Assembly (NCBI GenBank): GCA_965112735.1
Contig: OZ218964.1
Location: 2,356,001 to 2,420,000 of the forward strand
Length of the DNA: 64,000 nucleotides
Origin: Phaeosaccion multiseriatum
Lineage: Eukaryota; Protista; Ochrophyta, other classes
Reading direction: 5' to 3'
The notes under the pieces were generated by a model. The model was not told where the DNA came from. It saw only the letters and a program-made list of their open reading frames with translations, and searched no databases. Made by a program: the position numbers and the translations under genes. This document shows, one piece after another, positions 9,767 to 23,081 of this stretch. Every line of letters starts with the position of its first letter. Positions within the stretch are counted from its first letter, which is position 1.

Positions 9767-12530
9767 TTCCTGCGAGAGCAAGCAGAGCAGGGGACAAGCA
9801 GGAGCCGGAGCCGCTGTATGGACTCCTCTCCCCCCCGCGAGACCAGCGGAGCCCTTCACCTCCTCCCCCCTTCTCCTGCAGGGCCTGGGCATCAGCACTC
9901 CCTCCCCCGGTACGGCTCTGCCCTTCCAGCACCCCTGGACCGATTCCGAGGGCCTGGCCCCGTGGTGCACCACGAATGCTGAGGTGAGTGGTGGCGACTG
10001 CGTGAGGGGTGCGTGAGCGAGCCAAGCTGTGAGCCCCCTGCTTTCGGCTAGATACAGCCTCACCTCCTCTTTAGGAGAGCTCCACTCGCCCACTCCCTTC
10101 CCCTCCCCCGCCCACCCCACCTCCCATACCCCATATCCCACACACCCACAGCCGCTCAAGCTCGTTCATTCTCCGGGCAGACAGGAGCTCCGCGTCGTCA
10201 GCGGGAGAGGGAAAGGGAGAAGGAGAGGGGGTGGGTAGCCGCACGCCGTCGCGAGGAGAGCATGTAGACGAACTCGAAACCGAACTCGATGCCGATGCCG
10301 ATGTCAATGTCGATGTGGAAGGCGCGCCCCTGGAGGAAGCAGGGGTGAGAGATGCCTCCATCTCCTTGTCCTCTTCCTCCCACGCGGCCTTGTTGCAGCG
10401 CGTGGGTCTCGCGATACCCAACTTTGACCGTGTGCAGCAGTATGAAGACCTGCAGCGGGAGCTGGAGATGGTCAGGGGGGAGGAGGAGAAGGACTACGCA
10501 GGAGGAGGGAGGACCCGAGCGACTAGAGGGGAGGGCTCTCGGCGGGGACAGACGACTCGGCCTGCCAGCGCTCGGCCTCGGATGGAGGGGGGCGCCGGGC
10601 AGACCCAGGGGGGGCAGGGTGGGCAGGAACGGAAGGAAGCAAGTGGCTGTAGATGAAAGTTGAGGGCTGAAGGCTGAATGACAGTATGACAGCAGCTGTC
10701 AAGGCCGAGTGGGGATGGAGGGGGGTCGGTACCAGAATGTTGGGGGGGCAAAGGCGCAAAGACGCCAAGGTGGATGATCAACAATTGAGTCAATTTCGCC
10801 CTTCTTTCTCTCTCTCTGTCGCTCTCGCTCTGGCTCTCTTTATCTCTCTCTCTCTCCCTCCTTGTCCCTCTCTCTCCCCTCTCTCTCTCGCTCTCGTCAC
10901 ATGCCTCTCTCTCTCCCACCTTTCCTCTCTCCCTCCTCTCTCCCTGTCTCTCCCTCCTTTCCACCTCCCCCCTCCGTCTACTCGTGGGCCACAGACGCGT
11001 ACACCGCTCTGCTTCGACAGCAGGCCAGGCAGCGCTCGCAGCGCCCGCGACATGAAGAGGCGGAACGAACAGCGGCAGCAGCAGCGCAGAGGGGGAAAGG
11101 GCGGCAGAGAAGGAGGGCTGCTGATGCTGGGGGCGGCAGCGGTTCTGCAGCAACAGCGGCAATCCGGCCTTCCTCCCTTCCGTCCTTCCGTCCTTCCTTC
11201 CTTCCTTCCTTCCTTCCTTCCTTCCTTCCTTCCTTCCTTCCTTCCTTCCTTCCTTCCTTCCTTCCTTCCTTCCTTCCTTCCTTCCTTCCTTCCTTCCTTC
11301 CTTCCTTCCTTTCCTTCCTTCCTTCCTTCCTTCCTTCCTTCCTTCCTTCCTTCCTTCCTTCCTTCCTTCCTTCCTTCCTTCCTTCCTTCTTCCCTCCCTC
11401 CCTTCCCCCCTTCCTTCCGTCCTTCCTTCCTTCCTTCCTTCGTTCCTTCCTTCGTTCCTTCGTTCCTTCCTTCCTTCCTCCCTCCCGTCCTTCCTTCCTT
11501 CCTTCCTCCCTCCCGTCCTTCCTTCCTTCCTTCCTTCCTTCCTTCCTTCCTTCCTTTCTTTCTTCCTTCCTCCCTTCCTTCCTTCCTCCCTTCCTTCCTT
11601 CCTTCCTTCGTTCCTTCGTTCCTTCCTTCGTTCCTTCCTTCCTTCCTTCCTTCCTTCCTTCCTTCCTTCCTCCCTTCCTCCCTTCCTCCCTTCCTTCCTT
11701 CCTTCCTTCCACTCATTGACTTAGCGCTCACTCTGACGACCTCTCCTTCCCCTCTCTTCTCTCTCTCTCCACATTCTTCACCCTCTGTCTTCCCCCTCCC
11801 CTCTGTCCACCCTTTCTCCCCTGCTGCCAGGGAACAAGTACGCATCATCGAAGAAGACCCTTCCGCTGCCGCCACCGGAGCGCCTTCCTTGTACAGAGAC
11901 CGTTCCAGATCGGTACAACAGCTTCGACCCGCCCCCTTGGACTCAATGCGGAGCGGTCTGCGATCGTGCCGGGCCTCGCGATCCCCCGGGGCGGAGGGGA
12001 GGGGGCGGGAGGAGGATACGTTGGGTGGAGGGCCAGGGGGGGAGGGGAGCATGAGCCATCGGAGCGTTCTCAATCTCGCCATGGGGGGGGGGGGGAGAAG
12101 CTCTGCCTCTGTTTCTGTCTATGGCTCCAACCCTTAGGAGGAGGAGGAGGAGGAGGAGGGGGGCGTCACAAATGGCTTCAGTACCACCAACACCAGGAGA
12201 GGGAGAGGGCGCTGGGAGGGGAGGGCAAGGTATTGGACTTGGGTATCAGCAGAGGCCCATTGGAAGCCCCGTCACAGGGACGGGCAGGAGAGAGAAGGAG
12301 GGGGTATCATTGGTGGTAGTGGTGGTGGTGGCGGGGTTGGTGTTAGGCCGGAGTCAGCCCCTGTGAGTCGGGGGGGGAGGGGTGAAGGCGGGGGTAGCGG
12401 GGGAGAGGAGGGAGGGACACCGCGAGGGAGGGTAGCAGGAGGAGGGGCAAGAGGAGGAGTAGGAGGAAGAGGAGGAGGAAGTGGAGGATGAGGGCGAGGC
12501 GGGCACGGCAGGTAGACGGGGAACCCATCC
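9767..12530 (+). pseudogene. Copy of plus-strand gene relic (internal deletion ending in the TTCC tract)
   Basis: Colinear with 4205-7180; junction aatccggc|cttcctccc at ~11168. Confidence 0.4.
11168..11710. repeat. (TTCC)n microsatellite, ~540 nt, interrupted
   Basis: Direct reading. Confidence 0.95.
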
Positions 12531-13440
12531 TCACTAACTCACTCGCTCACTCACTCATGCACTAAGTATTCACTTTCTAGCTCTATTCTATAAGCGAAGT
12601 CCAGGAGGCAAATGCAATACACATGCTTCTCCAAGGTCGAGAGGCAAGCAGCACGATTCACAGATGGACACAATTGCGGCACTCCGTATCCACTGCCTCC
12701 CCGCTGCTCTCTTCCGTCCGCTGGGAAACAGGGCTCACCTGTACGCTTCTATCTGATCCCACTTAATATTGCCGAGGGCAGGGTTCTCTTTGACGAGGGG
12801 GTAGAAATAGAGACCAGCAAGTAGCAGAGCACTGGGGAAGTCACTGAGTAATAGCTCATCTCGTTATTAGTTTACGTAATTAGTCACTGCGTACGTGTAG
12901 ACGGATGGAGCGGAGCTTGCCTTTGGCCTCCACACGAGTACAACCCCCGCCTAGGACCTGGCGTTCACCTTCACCACTCTGTGTTTAGCAGGGCAATACC
13001 CTTCTCTAATAAGCTACGACTCTTTGCTGTGCCCGCATGCCCCACCCAGGAAGGAAGCCCTCGGCCTCAATCCATCGGGATTGCACTTCTCCCCCCTCCA
13101 CATGAGCTCACCTTCCCTCTCACCCCCCCCCCCTCCAGCTATACACTTCATCCATTGGTCCCTTAAGCTACACACGTGACTCCCCTCCCTCCCGGACCCC
13201 CTACCTCCTGTACTCCGACTCCTCTCTGCGACAGAGCATCGCAATCACTTCACCGCTCTTACACCAAGCCAGTGTGCCGTGGGCTGTCTCTCTCTCTCGC
13301 ATCGCATCCTCATGTACAGGCTCACTCGCATGGGCTGCATGACTGGCTGGTGCAAGCGAGCAAGCTGGAGCGGTAGTCTTTCGTTGCCAAAGTCCTCGTT
13401 GCCCCTACCAGCCCCCACCTCGCACATCCCTCCTACTCGC

Positions 13441-14903
13441 TCAGCCCATCTCCTCCGCCATGCTCTCCCACGTTTCGCTCCCCACACTCCAGGGCCTCTC
13501 CAGCGGCAGGATTCCGCTCTCCTTGCCGAAGGTCGGATCCGTCCTTCGCATGAGGTACAGCGCGGTTTGGGACCGGAAGAAGGCTGCTGCCGCCTCCATA
13601 AGTCGCTGCTCAATGTCCCGGCCGAGCTGATTCCGCCGTGCCCCAGCCAATGCCTTGTCCACCGAAGCACCGGCCGAGAGGAGCTGCCACGCTATCCCGT
13701 GCTGGTCATTGTGGATGGCAGCAAGGAGAGGAGTCATAGCGGTTGCTGTGGTCGTATCGATGGGGGATCCCGCAGAGATGAGACGAGCGACGACGGCCTC
13801 GCGCCTATTGTACGCTGCAAGGTAGAGGGCTGAAGCGCCAATGTTGGTTCGTTTGTCCACACGTGCTCCCGCAGAAAGAAGCTTCTCCACCACGGCGTCG
13901 TGTCCCTGTAGAGAGGCACCGAGAAGAGGAGTGGAACCTTCGAGGTCAGCCTTGTCGATGCTGGCGTGGGCCTTGATGAGCTGCTGTACGATACCCGCAT
14001 GCCCATTAATCGATGCCGCCAGAAGCGGAGTAGCCCCGAGATAACTTGCTTGGTTCACATCCGCTTGGGCTGAGATGAGGTGCCTTACAACAGATCCATG
14101 TCCTTTCTGAGAGGCCATCCAAATCGGAGAAGAACCGTCTTCCGCTGCCAAGTCGACGTTAGCACCCGCCGAGAGCAGCTGCTGTACTGTCGTGGAGTGC
14201 CCCGTTCCTGATGCTGCAATCAAGGGAGTAGCGCCTCTGGCATTCGCTTGGTCGACAGGGGCTCCAGCGTCCAACAGCCACCTTACCACCTGATCTTGTC
14301 CCTCGGCGCTAGCGGCTATCAACGGCGTGCTTCCGTGAGGTCCCTGTCTGGTGCTGAAGGAGGCCCTTTCCCGCAGCAGCAGGTCCACGACATCCAGTCG
14401 ACCGTATTGTGCAGCCACAAGCATTGCGGTATATCCATTTTCGTAGATAGGCTGATCCAAGCTCGCTTTGCCATGTTTGGCGATGAGCTTGGTAACCACC
14501 GCTCTCACATTGGGGAAGCTGTCTTCTCTGTTCAGGGCCTGCCCCAGCCGCCGCGCCTGGTGTTGTTGAGAACAATGATGTCGGGGGGGAGAGGCGCACA
14601 TGCATAGGATAAAAGGGTCAACAAGAAGCTGCTGACTACTTCGATCCCCCCCCCCCCCCCCTCCCTCGCTTTCCTCTCTCCATCGCACAGATATTTCCTC
14701 AAAAGCGGGGGAAAGGCGCATACACCGGATAAAAAGGGATCAACGGAGGGGAGAGCTGCCCACTGCGTCGACACGTGAGCTTCCCACCGCAGCTTCCATA
14801 TCTGCACAAGGACTCTCTCTATGCTCTATTCTTTCCTAAGGACATCGTCTTATAGGAGGGCGCTAGGTCGTACCTCGGGCGTTAACGTTGCCTGCTGCGC
14901 CAT
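13441..14903 (-). CDS. Ankyrin-repeat protein, copy 4; exon1 14874-14903, exon2 13441-14556
   Basis: ORF 13441..14721 ankyrin motifs; conserved donor and acceptor; exon2 1116 nt. Confidence 0.9.
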
Positions 14904-15107
14904 GGTGAGCAAGCGGCCCCTCCCTTGAGACGGTAGTGCTGACAAGGGGGCTACAGAAGGCCCTCTCCCTGCTGCACCTGCCGTGCAGTAGTCGGTCGCT
15001 CTGCCTTTCTTATCAGGCCTCCCCGTGATATGTTTAGTTATGGAGGCCTCTGAAGGCATTGGGTTTGGTGATCCGATTCACAGATCCCGATCCCAGGGGG
15101 GGGGGAC

Positions 15108-17684
15108 TTCCTGCGAGAGCAAGCAGAGCCGGGGACAGGAGCAGGAGCCGCTGTATGGACTCCTCTCCCCCCCGCGAGACCAGCGGAGCCCTTCACCTCC
15201 TCCCCCCTTCTCCTGCAGGGCCTGGGCATCAGCACTCCCTCCCCCGGTACGGTTCGGCTCTTCCAGCACCCCTGGACCGATTCAGAGGGCCTGGCCCCGT
15301 GGTGCACCACGAATGCTGAGGTGAGTGGTGGCGACTGCGTGAGGGGTGCGTGAGGGAGCCAAGCTGTGAGCCCCCTGCTTTCGGCTAGATACAGCCTCAC
15401 CTCCTCTTTAGGAGAGCTCCACTCGCCCACTCCCTTCCCCTCCCCCGCCCACCCCACCTCCCATACCCCATATCCCACACACCCACAGCCGCTCAAGCTC
15501 GTTCATTCTCCGGGCAGACAGGAGCTCCGCGTCGTCAGCGGGAGAAGGAAAGGGAGAAGGAGAGGGGGTGGGTAGCCGCACGCCGTCGCGAGGAGAGCAT
15601 GTAGACGAACTCGAAACCGAACTCGATGCCGATGCCGATGTCAATGTCGATGTGGAAGGCGCGCCCCTGGAGGAAGCAGGGGTGAGAGATGCCTCCATCT
15701 CCTTGTCCTCTTCCTCCCACGCGGCCTTGTTGCAGCGCATGGGTCTCGCGATACCCAACTTTCACCGTGTGCAGCAGTATGAAGACCTGCAGCGGGAGCC
15801 GGAGATGCTCAGGGGGGAGGAGGAGAAGGACTACGCAGGAGGAGGGAGGAACGGAGCGACTAGAGGGGAGGGCTCTCGGCGGGGACAGACGACTCAGCCT
15901 GCCAGCGCTCGGCCTCGGATGGAGGGGTGCGCCGGGCAGACCCAGGGGGGGCAGGGTGAGCAGGTACGGAAGGAAGCAAGTGGCTGTAGATGAAAGCTGA
16001 GGGCTGAAGGCTGAATGACAGCATGACAGCAGCTGTCAAGGCCGAGTGGGGATGAAGGGGGGTCGGTACCAGGATGTTGGGGGGGCAAAGGCGCAAAGGT
16101 GCCAAGGTGGATGATCAACAATTGAGTCCTCTTCGCCCTTCTTTCTCTCTGTCGCTCTCGCTCCCTCTGATCTCTCTCTCTCTCGCTTTCTCTCCCTCCT
16201 TCTCCCTCTCTCTCCCCTCTCTCTCGCTCTCGTCACCTGTCTCTCTCTCTCCCACCTTTCCTCCCTCCCTCTCTCTTTCTCTTCCCCCCCCCCTTCCCCT
16301 CCCTCCGTCCGTGGGCCACAGACGCGTACACCGCTCTGTTTCGACAGCAGGCCAGGCAGCGCTCGAACGGCGTCAGCAGCGCAGAGGGGGTAAGCGCGGC
16401 AGAGAGGGAGGGCTGCTGATGCTGGGGGCGGCGGCAGTTCTGCAGCAACAGCGGCAATCCGGCGAAGCCTCTGCGGTGAGGGAGGGGAGGCAGGGAGGGA
16501 GGGAGTTGGTGATACAGAGGGAGGGAGTGTGCGAGGCAGAGAGAGCGGGGGTGAAAGCGCGAGGGAGTTGAATTGGAGCGGGAGGAAGTGAGGGAGCGAG
16601 AGCTGGGGGGGGGGGAGGGAGGAAGAAGGGTAGCAGCGCCGCCAGCATGGCAGTGAGGTCTCGCAACAGAGAACACAGCGACGTGTGTATTGAATAAATG
16701 ATTGATGCCCTCGCACCCCGTACCCGGTCCCACGTGTGCTCTGCTGCTCTGCCGCTCTGCCGCACCATTCATGTCTGCTCGATCCTGCTCTACGCGGCTC
16801 TGTCCCACTCCTTTCTACTCCCCATCTCTCGTCCCAAAGGCTAAGCTTCGGAGTCGTCGGGAGAAGCAGCAGCGGCGAGCAGCAGCCATCGGGCGACGGG
16901 CGTGGTTATATCCAGCACTGCCAGAGGAGGAGCAAGGCCGGTGACGGCTGCTGCTGCTGTACCACCAACTGTTGCATCTCGAGACGATGTGCTGGAGTGG
17001 GGTAAGCAGATCGAGATGGCACTGGACGAGAGGGCAGAGCTAGTCGAGGGCGGCAAGATGTTCGCCGTCAGTGGAAGGTGAGGGGGAAGGGGGGGTGAAG
17101 GAGTGAGGGAGGGAGGGAGGGAGGGACCGAAAGAGGGGATGGAGGGATCAAACGATGGGGCGACTCCCCGCAGCACCGTGGTGCGTTCTGCTCTACCCCT
17201 CTTGACATATGCTTCCTCCCTGCCTCCTTCCTTCCTTCCGTCCTTCCTTCCTTCCTTCCCTCCTTCCTTCCTTCCTTCCTTCCGTCCGTCCTTCCTTCCT
17301 TCCTTCCTCCCTTCCTTCCTCCCTACCTCCATCCTTCCTTCCTTCCTTCCTCCCTTCCTTCCTCCCTACCTCCATCCATCCTTTCTTTCTTCCTTCCTTC
17401 CTTCCTTCCTTCCTTCCTTCCTTCCTTCCTTCCTTCCTTCCTTCCTTCCTTCCTTCCTTTCTTTCTTCCTTCTTTCTTTCTTTCCTTCCACTCATTGACT
17501 TCGCGTTCACTCCGACGACCTTTCCTCCCCCTCTCTTCTCTTCTCCACCCTCTCCACCCTCTCCTCCACCTCCTCTCTGTCCACGATTCCTCCCCTTTCT
17601 CCCCTGCTGCCAGAGAATAAGTACGCATCATCGAAGAAGACCCTTCCGCTGCCGCCACCGGAGCGCCTTCCTTGCACAGAGACC
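15108..17684 (+). pseudogene. Copy of plus-strand gene relic, 3'-truncated
   Basis: Colinear until gagaccg|ctctgcc at ~17685. Confidence 0.4.
17226..17489. repeat. (TTCC)n microsatellite, interrupted
   Basis: Direct reading. Confidence 0.95.
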
Positions 17685-17718
17685 GCTCTGCCTTTTGTTA
17701 GGCTCCCAGCGATATGTT

Positions 17719-17927
17719 TAGTTATGGAGGCCTCTGAAGGCATTGGGTTTGGTGATCCGATTCACAGATCCCGATCCCAGGGGGGGGGGGAGATCCTTAG
17801 CTGGACGAGAGGGCAGAGGCTATGCTGAGTGCGCACAGACGCGACCGCGCAGCTGCTGCCTAGATGAGCGGTGCCTGCCTTTTGCCTCCACACGAGCACA
17901 ACCCCCGCCTAGGACCTGGCGTTCACC
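17719..17927 (-). mobile_element. Short retroelement remnant (hub plus Zn-knuckle segment) closing a truncated long spacer
   Basis: Colinear with ~1822-2021; near-identical copies at 31789-31998 and 36876-37086. Confidence 0.6.
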
Positions 17928-18394
17928 TTCACCACTCTGTGTTTAGCAGGGCAGTACCCATCTCTAATAATCTATGACTACTTGCTGTGCCCGCATGCCC
18001 CACCCAGGAAGGAAGCCCTCGGCCTCTATCCATCGGGATTACACTCTCCCCCCTCCAAAAGAGCTGACCTTCCCTCTCACCCCCCCCCCCTCAAGCTATA
18101 CACTTCATCCATTGGTCCCATAAGCTACACACGTCACTCCCCTCCCCCCCGGACCCCCTTCCTCCTGCGGTACTCTGACTCCTCTCTGCGACAGAGCATC
18201 GCAATCACTTCACCGCTCTAACACCAAGCCAGTGTGCCGTGGGCTGTCTCTCTCTCGCATCGCATCCTGATGTACAGGCTCACTCGCATGGGCTGCATGA
18301 CTGGTGCAAGCGAGCAAGCTGGAGCGGTTCTCTTTCGTTGCCAAAGTCTTCGTTGCCCCTTCCAGCCCCCACCTCGCACATCCCTCCTACTCGC

Positions 18395-19852
18395 TCAGCC
18401 CATCTCCTCCGCCATGCTCTCCCACGTCTCGCTCCCCACACTCCAGGGCCTCTCCAGCGGCAGGATTCCGCTCTCCTTGCCGAAGGTCGGATCCGTCCTT
18501 CGCATGAGGTCCAGCGCGGTTTGGGACCGGAAGAAGGCTGCTGCCGCCTCCATAAGTCGCTGCTCAATGTCCCGGCCGAGCTGATTCCGCCGTGCCCCAG
18601 CCAATGCCTTGTCCACCGAAGCACCGGCCGAGAGGAGCTGCCGCGCTATCCCGTGCTGGTCATTGTGGATGGCAGCAAGGAGAGGAGTCATAGCGGTTGC
18701 TGTGGTCGTATCGATGGGGGATCCCGCAGAGATGAGACGAGCGACGACGGCCTCGCGCCTATTGTACGCTGCAAGGTAGAGGGCTGAAGCGCCAATGTTG
18801 GTTCGTTTGTCCACACGTGCTCCCGCATAGAGAAGCTTCTCCACCACGGCGTCGTGTCCCTGTAGAGAGGCACCGAGAAGAGGAGTGGAACCTTCGAGGT
18901 CAGCCTTGTCGATGCTGGCGTGGGCCCAGATGAGCTGCTGTACGATGCCCACATGCCCATTAATCGATGCCGCCAGAAGCGGAGTAGCCCCGAGATAACT
19001 TGCGTGGTTCACATCCGCTTGGGCTGAGATGAGGTGCCTTACAATAGATCCATGTCCTTTCTGAGAGGCATACCAAATCGGAGAATAACCGTGTTCCTCC
19101 GCCAAGTCGACGTTAGCACGCGCCGAGAGCAGCTGCTGCACTGTCGTAGAGTGCCCCATTACTGATGCTGCAATCAAGGGAGTAGCGCCTGTGGCATCCA
19201 CTTGGTCGACAGGGGCTCCAATGTCCAACAGCCACCTCACCACCTGATCGCGTCCGCCGCCGCTAGATACTATCAATGGCGTGTGTCCGACGAGCCCGCA
19301 TCTGGTGCGGAAGGAGGCCCCTTCGCGCAGCAGAAAGTCCATGACATCCAGCCGACCGTGTTGTGCAGCCCTCAACATTGCGGTGTATCCTTCTTCGTCG
19401 ACAGGCTGATCCAAACTCGCTTTGCCATGTTTGGCGATGAGCTTCCCAACCACCGCTCTCACATTGGGGAAGCTCTTCCCTCTACGCAGGGCCTGCCCCA
19501 GCTGCTGGGCCTGGAGTTGTTGAGGGCAGCGAATTCGAGGGGGAAGAGACGCACATGCATAGGATAAAAGGGATCAACGGGAAGTTGCTGACTGCTTCGA
19601 TACGTGCGCATCCCACCTCCGGGAACGTATCCGTTACCCCCCCTCCCTTTCCTCTCTCCAGATCTATTTCCTCAAAGTGGGGGAGAGGCCCATACACCGG
19701 ATAAAAAGGGAACAGAGAGCTTCCCATTGCGTCGACACGTGAGCTTCCCACCGCACAAGGACCCTTTCTATGCTATACTCTTTCCTAAGGGCATCGTCTT
19801 ATAGGAGGGCGCTAAGTCGTACCTCGCGCGTTAACGTTGCCTGATGCGCCAT
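18395..19852 (-). CDS. Ankyrin-repeat protein, copy 5; exon1 19823-19852, exon2 18395-19510
   Basis: ORF 18395..19462; the apparent N-terminal frameshift lies inside the predicted intron; exon1 MAHQATLTRE. Confidence 0.9.
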
Positions 19853-19948
19853 GGTGAGCAAGCGGCCCCTCCCTTGACACAGTAGTGCTGACAAGGGGGC
19901 TACAGAAGGCCTTCTCCGCGCCTGCTGTGCAGTAGTCGGTCGCTCTGC

Positions 19949-19956
19949 CTTTTATA
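19949..19956 (-). promoter_or_regulatory. Putative TATA box upstream of copy 5
   Basis: TATAAAAG, same spacing. Confidence 0.4.
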
Positions 19957-19967
19957 TGGCCTCCCCA

Positions 19968-21150
19968 TTATTATTATATATTTTTTTCTCTTGTCTAAAA
20001 GTAACGTCTCCACCGCCCCGGGGGACAAAAGTTGATACCATTCTGTGGCGAGTGTTTTGATATTGCTGTTCCATCAAAAGGGACGAGATGGTACCTCGTG
20101 GGGTCATAGTGGATGTCTCCACCCTGGCCCTCCATGCCTACCTGTGGCACCCCATACTTGGTGCGCTTGGTGGCTTCAGCCTTCTTGGCTGCCGCGAGTG
20201 CTTCCTTCGATGCCTTGGCCCTATTGGTGATGTTGGTGGCATCAGTGAGCGTGATGTCGATCATCAGGGACTTGTGGCCATCCCCATATTCGTGGTCAGG
20301 TGGAAGCTCGAACATCCTGGGGGGAGTCACGATGTCCATCTCCATCTGTTTGGCCACGTGGGCGTCACCCCTCACGCCGTTGCCCCCCCCTTTCCCTCGT
20401 CTCGCGGTGACGGTTCGTTCCCTCATGAAGGGGAAGCCGATGTTCTGCACTATCCCTCTGCCCAGTCAGGCCCTCGCTCTTCATCAACGCGACAAGTGCC
20501 TTCTGCACAGCATTGGAGGTCTCTGAAGGCATTGGGTTTGGTGATCCGATTCACAGATCCCGAACCCAGGGGGGGGGGGAGTTCCTTGCGTGGGCGAGGG
20601 CAGAGGCTGTGTTGAGTGCGCACAGACGCGACCGCGCAGCTGCTGCCTAGATGGGCGGTGCCTGCCTTTGGCTTCCACACGAGCACAACCCCCGCCCAGG
20701 ACCTGGCGTTCACCTTTTCACGGCCTTCCCGGTCGGATACCTCTCCCCAACGCTCACAAATGCCCACCCAATAGTATTACAAATTAGCTAGGTAAGAGGG
20801 GGTACTTGCCAGTCGGAAGTTAGAGAGGAGGACGAGTCTTTGCGCACCCGGCACCGCCCCTCTGACGGTGCCGCGCACACTCCAACCCACCCGATTCTCT
20901 ATCTCCCCGCGGTAGATACCAATGGGTACCCCTCGAATATCTCCCCACTGAGTCCACCAGTCCCCCGGGGCGGGTGTGTGGGAGAAGATTCACCGCGTTA
21001 GCTGCTTTCAGGGCAGCGACTCCTATCCTCGCCTCCACTCAACCACACCACACCACAGTCCTCTTATGCCACATCCTCAAGTTTTTAAACCCCATCCTCC
21101 CTCGCCAGTCCGTGAAAAGTCGTTTTCCCACCGGGGTACGAAAACTCCCC
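19968..21150 (-). mobile_element. Longer decayed RLE non-LTR retrotransposon fragment (extra ~440 nt at its 5' side)
   Basis: ORF 19995..20450 has the same RLE motifs; 20715-21150 is absent from the short versions and is stop/frameshift-ridden. Confidence 0.68.
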
Positions 21151-21591
21151 TTACAATTGTGTGTTTCTAAGCTACGACTCTTTGCTGTGCCCCGCATGCC
21201 CCACCCAGGAAGGAAGCCCTCGGCCTCTATCCATCGGGATTGCACTTCTCCCCCCTCCAAATGAGCTGACCTTCCCTCTCACCCCCCCCCTCAAGCTATA
21301 CACTGCATCCATTGGTCCCTTAAGCTACACACGTGACTCCCCTCCCCCCCGGACCCCCTACCTCCTGTACTCCGACTCCTCTCTGCGACAGAGCATCGCA
21401 ATCACTTCACCGCTCTTACACCAAGCCAGTGTGCCGTGGGCTGTCTCTCTCTCGCATCGCATCCTGATGTACAGGCTCACTCGCATGGGCTGCATGACTG
21501 GTGCAAGCGAGCAAGCTGGAGCGGTACTCTTTCGTTGCCAAAGTCCTCGTTGCCCCTTCCAGCCCCCACCTCGCACATCCCTCCTACTCGC

Positions 21592-23081
21592 TCAGCCCAT
21601 CTCCTCCGCCATGCTCTCCCACGTCTCGCTCCCCACACTCCACGGTCTCTCCAGCGGCAGGATTCCGCTCTCCTTGCCGAAGGTCGGATCCGTCCTTCGC
21701 ATGAGGTCCAGCGCGGTTTGGGACCGGAAGAAGGCTGCTGCCGCCTCCAGAAGTCGCTGCTCAATGTCCCGGCCGAGCTGATTCCGCCGTGCCCCAGCCA
21801 AGGCCTTGTCCACCGAAGCACCGGCCGAGAGGAGCTGCCGCCCTATCCCGTGCTGGTCATTGTGGATGGCAGCAAGGAGATGAGTCATACCGTTTGCTGT
21901 CGTCGTATCGATGGGGGATCCCGCAGAGATGAGACGAGCGACGGCGGCCTCGCGCCCATTCTCCGCTGCAAGGTAGAGGGGTGAAACGCCATTGTTGGTT
22001 CGTTTGTCCACACGTGCTCCCGCTGAGAGAAGCTTCTCCACCACGGCGTCGTGCCCTTTCTCACAGGCAACGTGAAGAGGAGTGAAACCTTTGACGTCAG
22101 CCTTGTCGATGCTGGCGTGGGCCCTGATGAGCTGCTGTACGATGCCCGCATGCCCTTGGAACGATGCCTTCCAAAGCGGAGTAGCCCCGAGATTACTTGC
22201 GTTGTTCACATCCGCTTGGGCTGAGATGAGATGCCTTACAACAGAGCTATGTCCGTTCTGAGAGGCCATCCAAATCGGAGAAGAACCGTCTTCCGCTGCC
22301 AAGTCGACGTTAGCACCCGCCGAAAGCAGCTGGTGCACTGTCGTGGAGTGCCCCCCTTCTGATGCTGCAATCAAGGGAGTAAGTCCTCTGGCATCCACTT
22401 GGTCGACAGGGGCTCCAATGTCCAACAACCGCCTCACCACCTGATCGTGTCCCTCGAAGCTAGATATTATCAACGGCGTGTCTCCAAAGAGCCCGCATCT
22501 GGTGCGGAAGGAGGCCCCTTCCCCCAGCAGAAAGTCCATGACGTCCAGCCGACGGTGCTGTGCAGCCCTCAACATTGCGGTGTATCCTTCTTCGTCGACA
22601 GGCTGATCCAAACTCGCTTTGCCATGTTTGGCGATGAGCTTCCCAACCACCGCTCTCACATTGGGGAAGCTCTCCCCTCTACGCAGGGCCTGCCCCAGCC
22701 GCCGCGCCTGGTGTGGTTGAGGAAAACGATGTCGGGGCGGAGAGGCGCACATGCATAGGATAAAAGGGTCAACAGGAAGCTGCTGACTACTTCGATACGT
22801 GCGTATCCTACCACCTCAGGGATCGTATCCGAAAAGCCCCCCCTCGCTTGGATCTCTCCGAAACACAGATGTTTCCTCAAAAGCGGGGGAGAGGCGCATA
22901 CACCGGATAAAAAGGGATCAACGGAGGGGAGAGCTGCCCACTGCGTCGACACGTGAGCTTCCCACCGCAGCTTCCATATCTGCACAAGGACCCTCTCTAT
23001 GCTCTATTCTTTCCTAAGGACATCGTCTTATAGGAGGGCGCTAGGTCGTACCTCGGGCGTTAACGTTGCCTGCTGCGCCAT
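21592..23081 (-). CDS. Ankyrin-repeat protein, copy 6; exon1 23052-23081, exon2 21592-22707
   Basis: ORF 21592..22752 ankyrin motifs; conserved splice sites. Confidence 0.9.

Noticed and set aside
10686-12137. Long ORFs rich in PSFL or GRKE (also near 17.2, 31.3, 36.3, 40.8, 46.6, 54.4 and 63.1 kb)
   Set aside because: Stop-free translations of the (TTCC)n microsatellite.
18395-19560. Copies 5, 8 and 13 as truncated pseudogenes (355-aa ORFs), or poly-C phase variation after the ATGCATG double start
   Set aside because: The lesions and the MCASPP/MHVRL starts fall in the predicted intron; exon 2 is full length (1116 nt) in all three.
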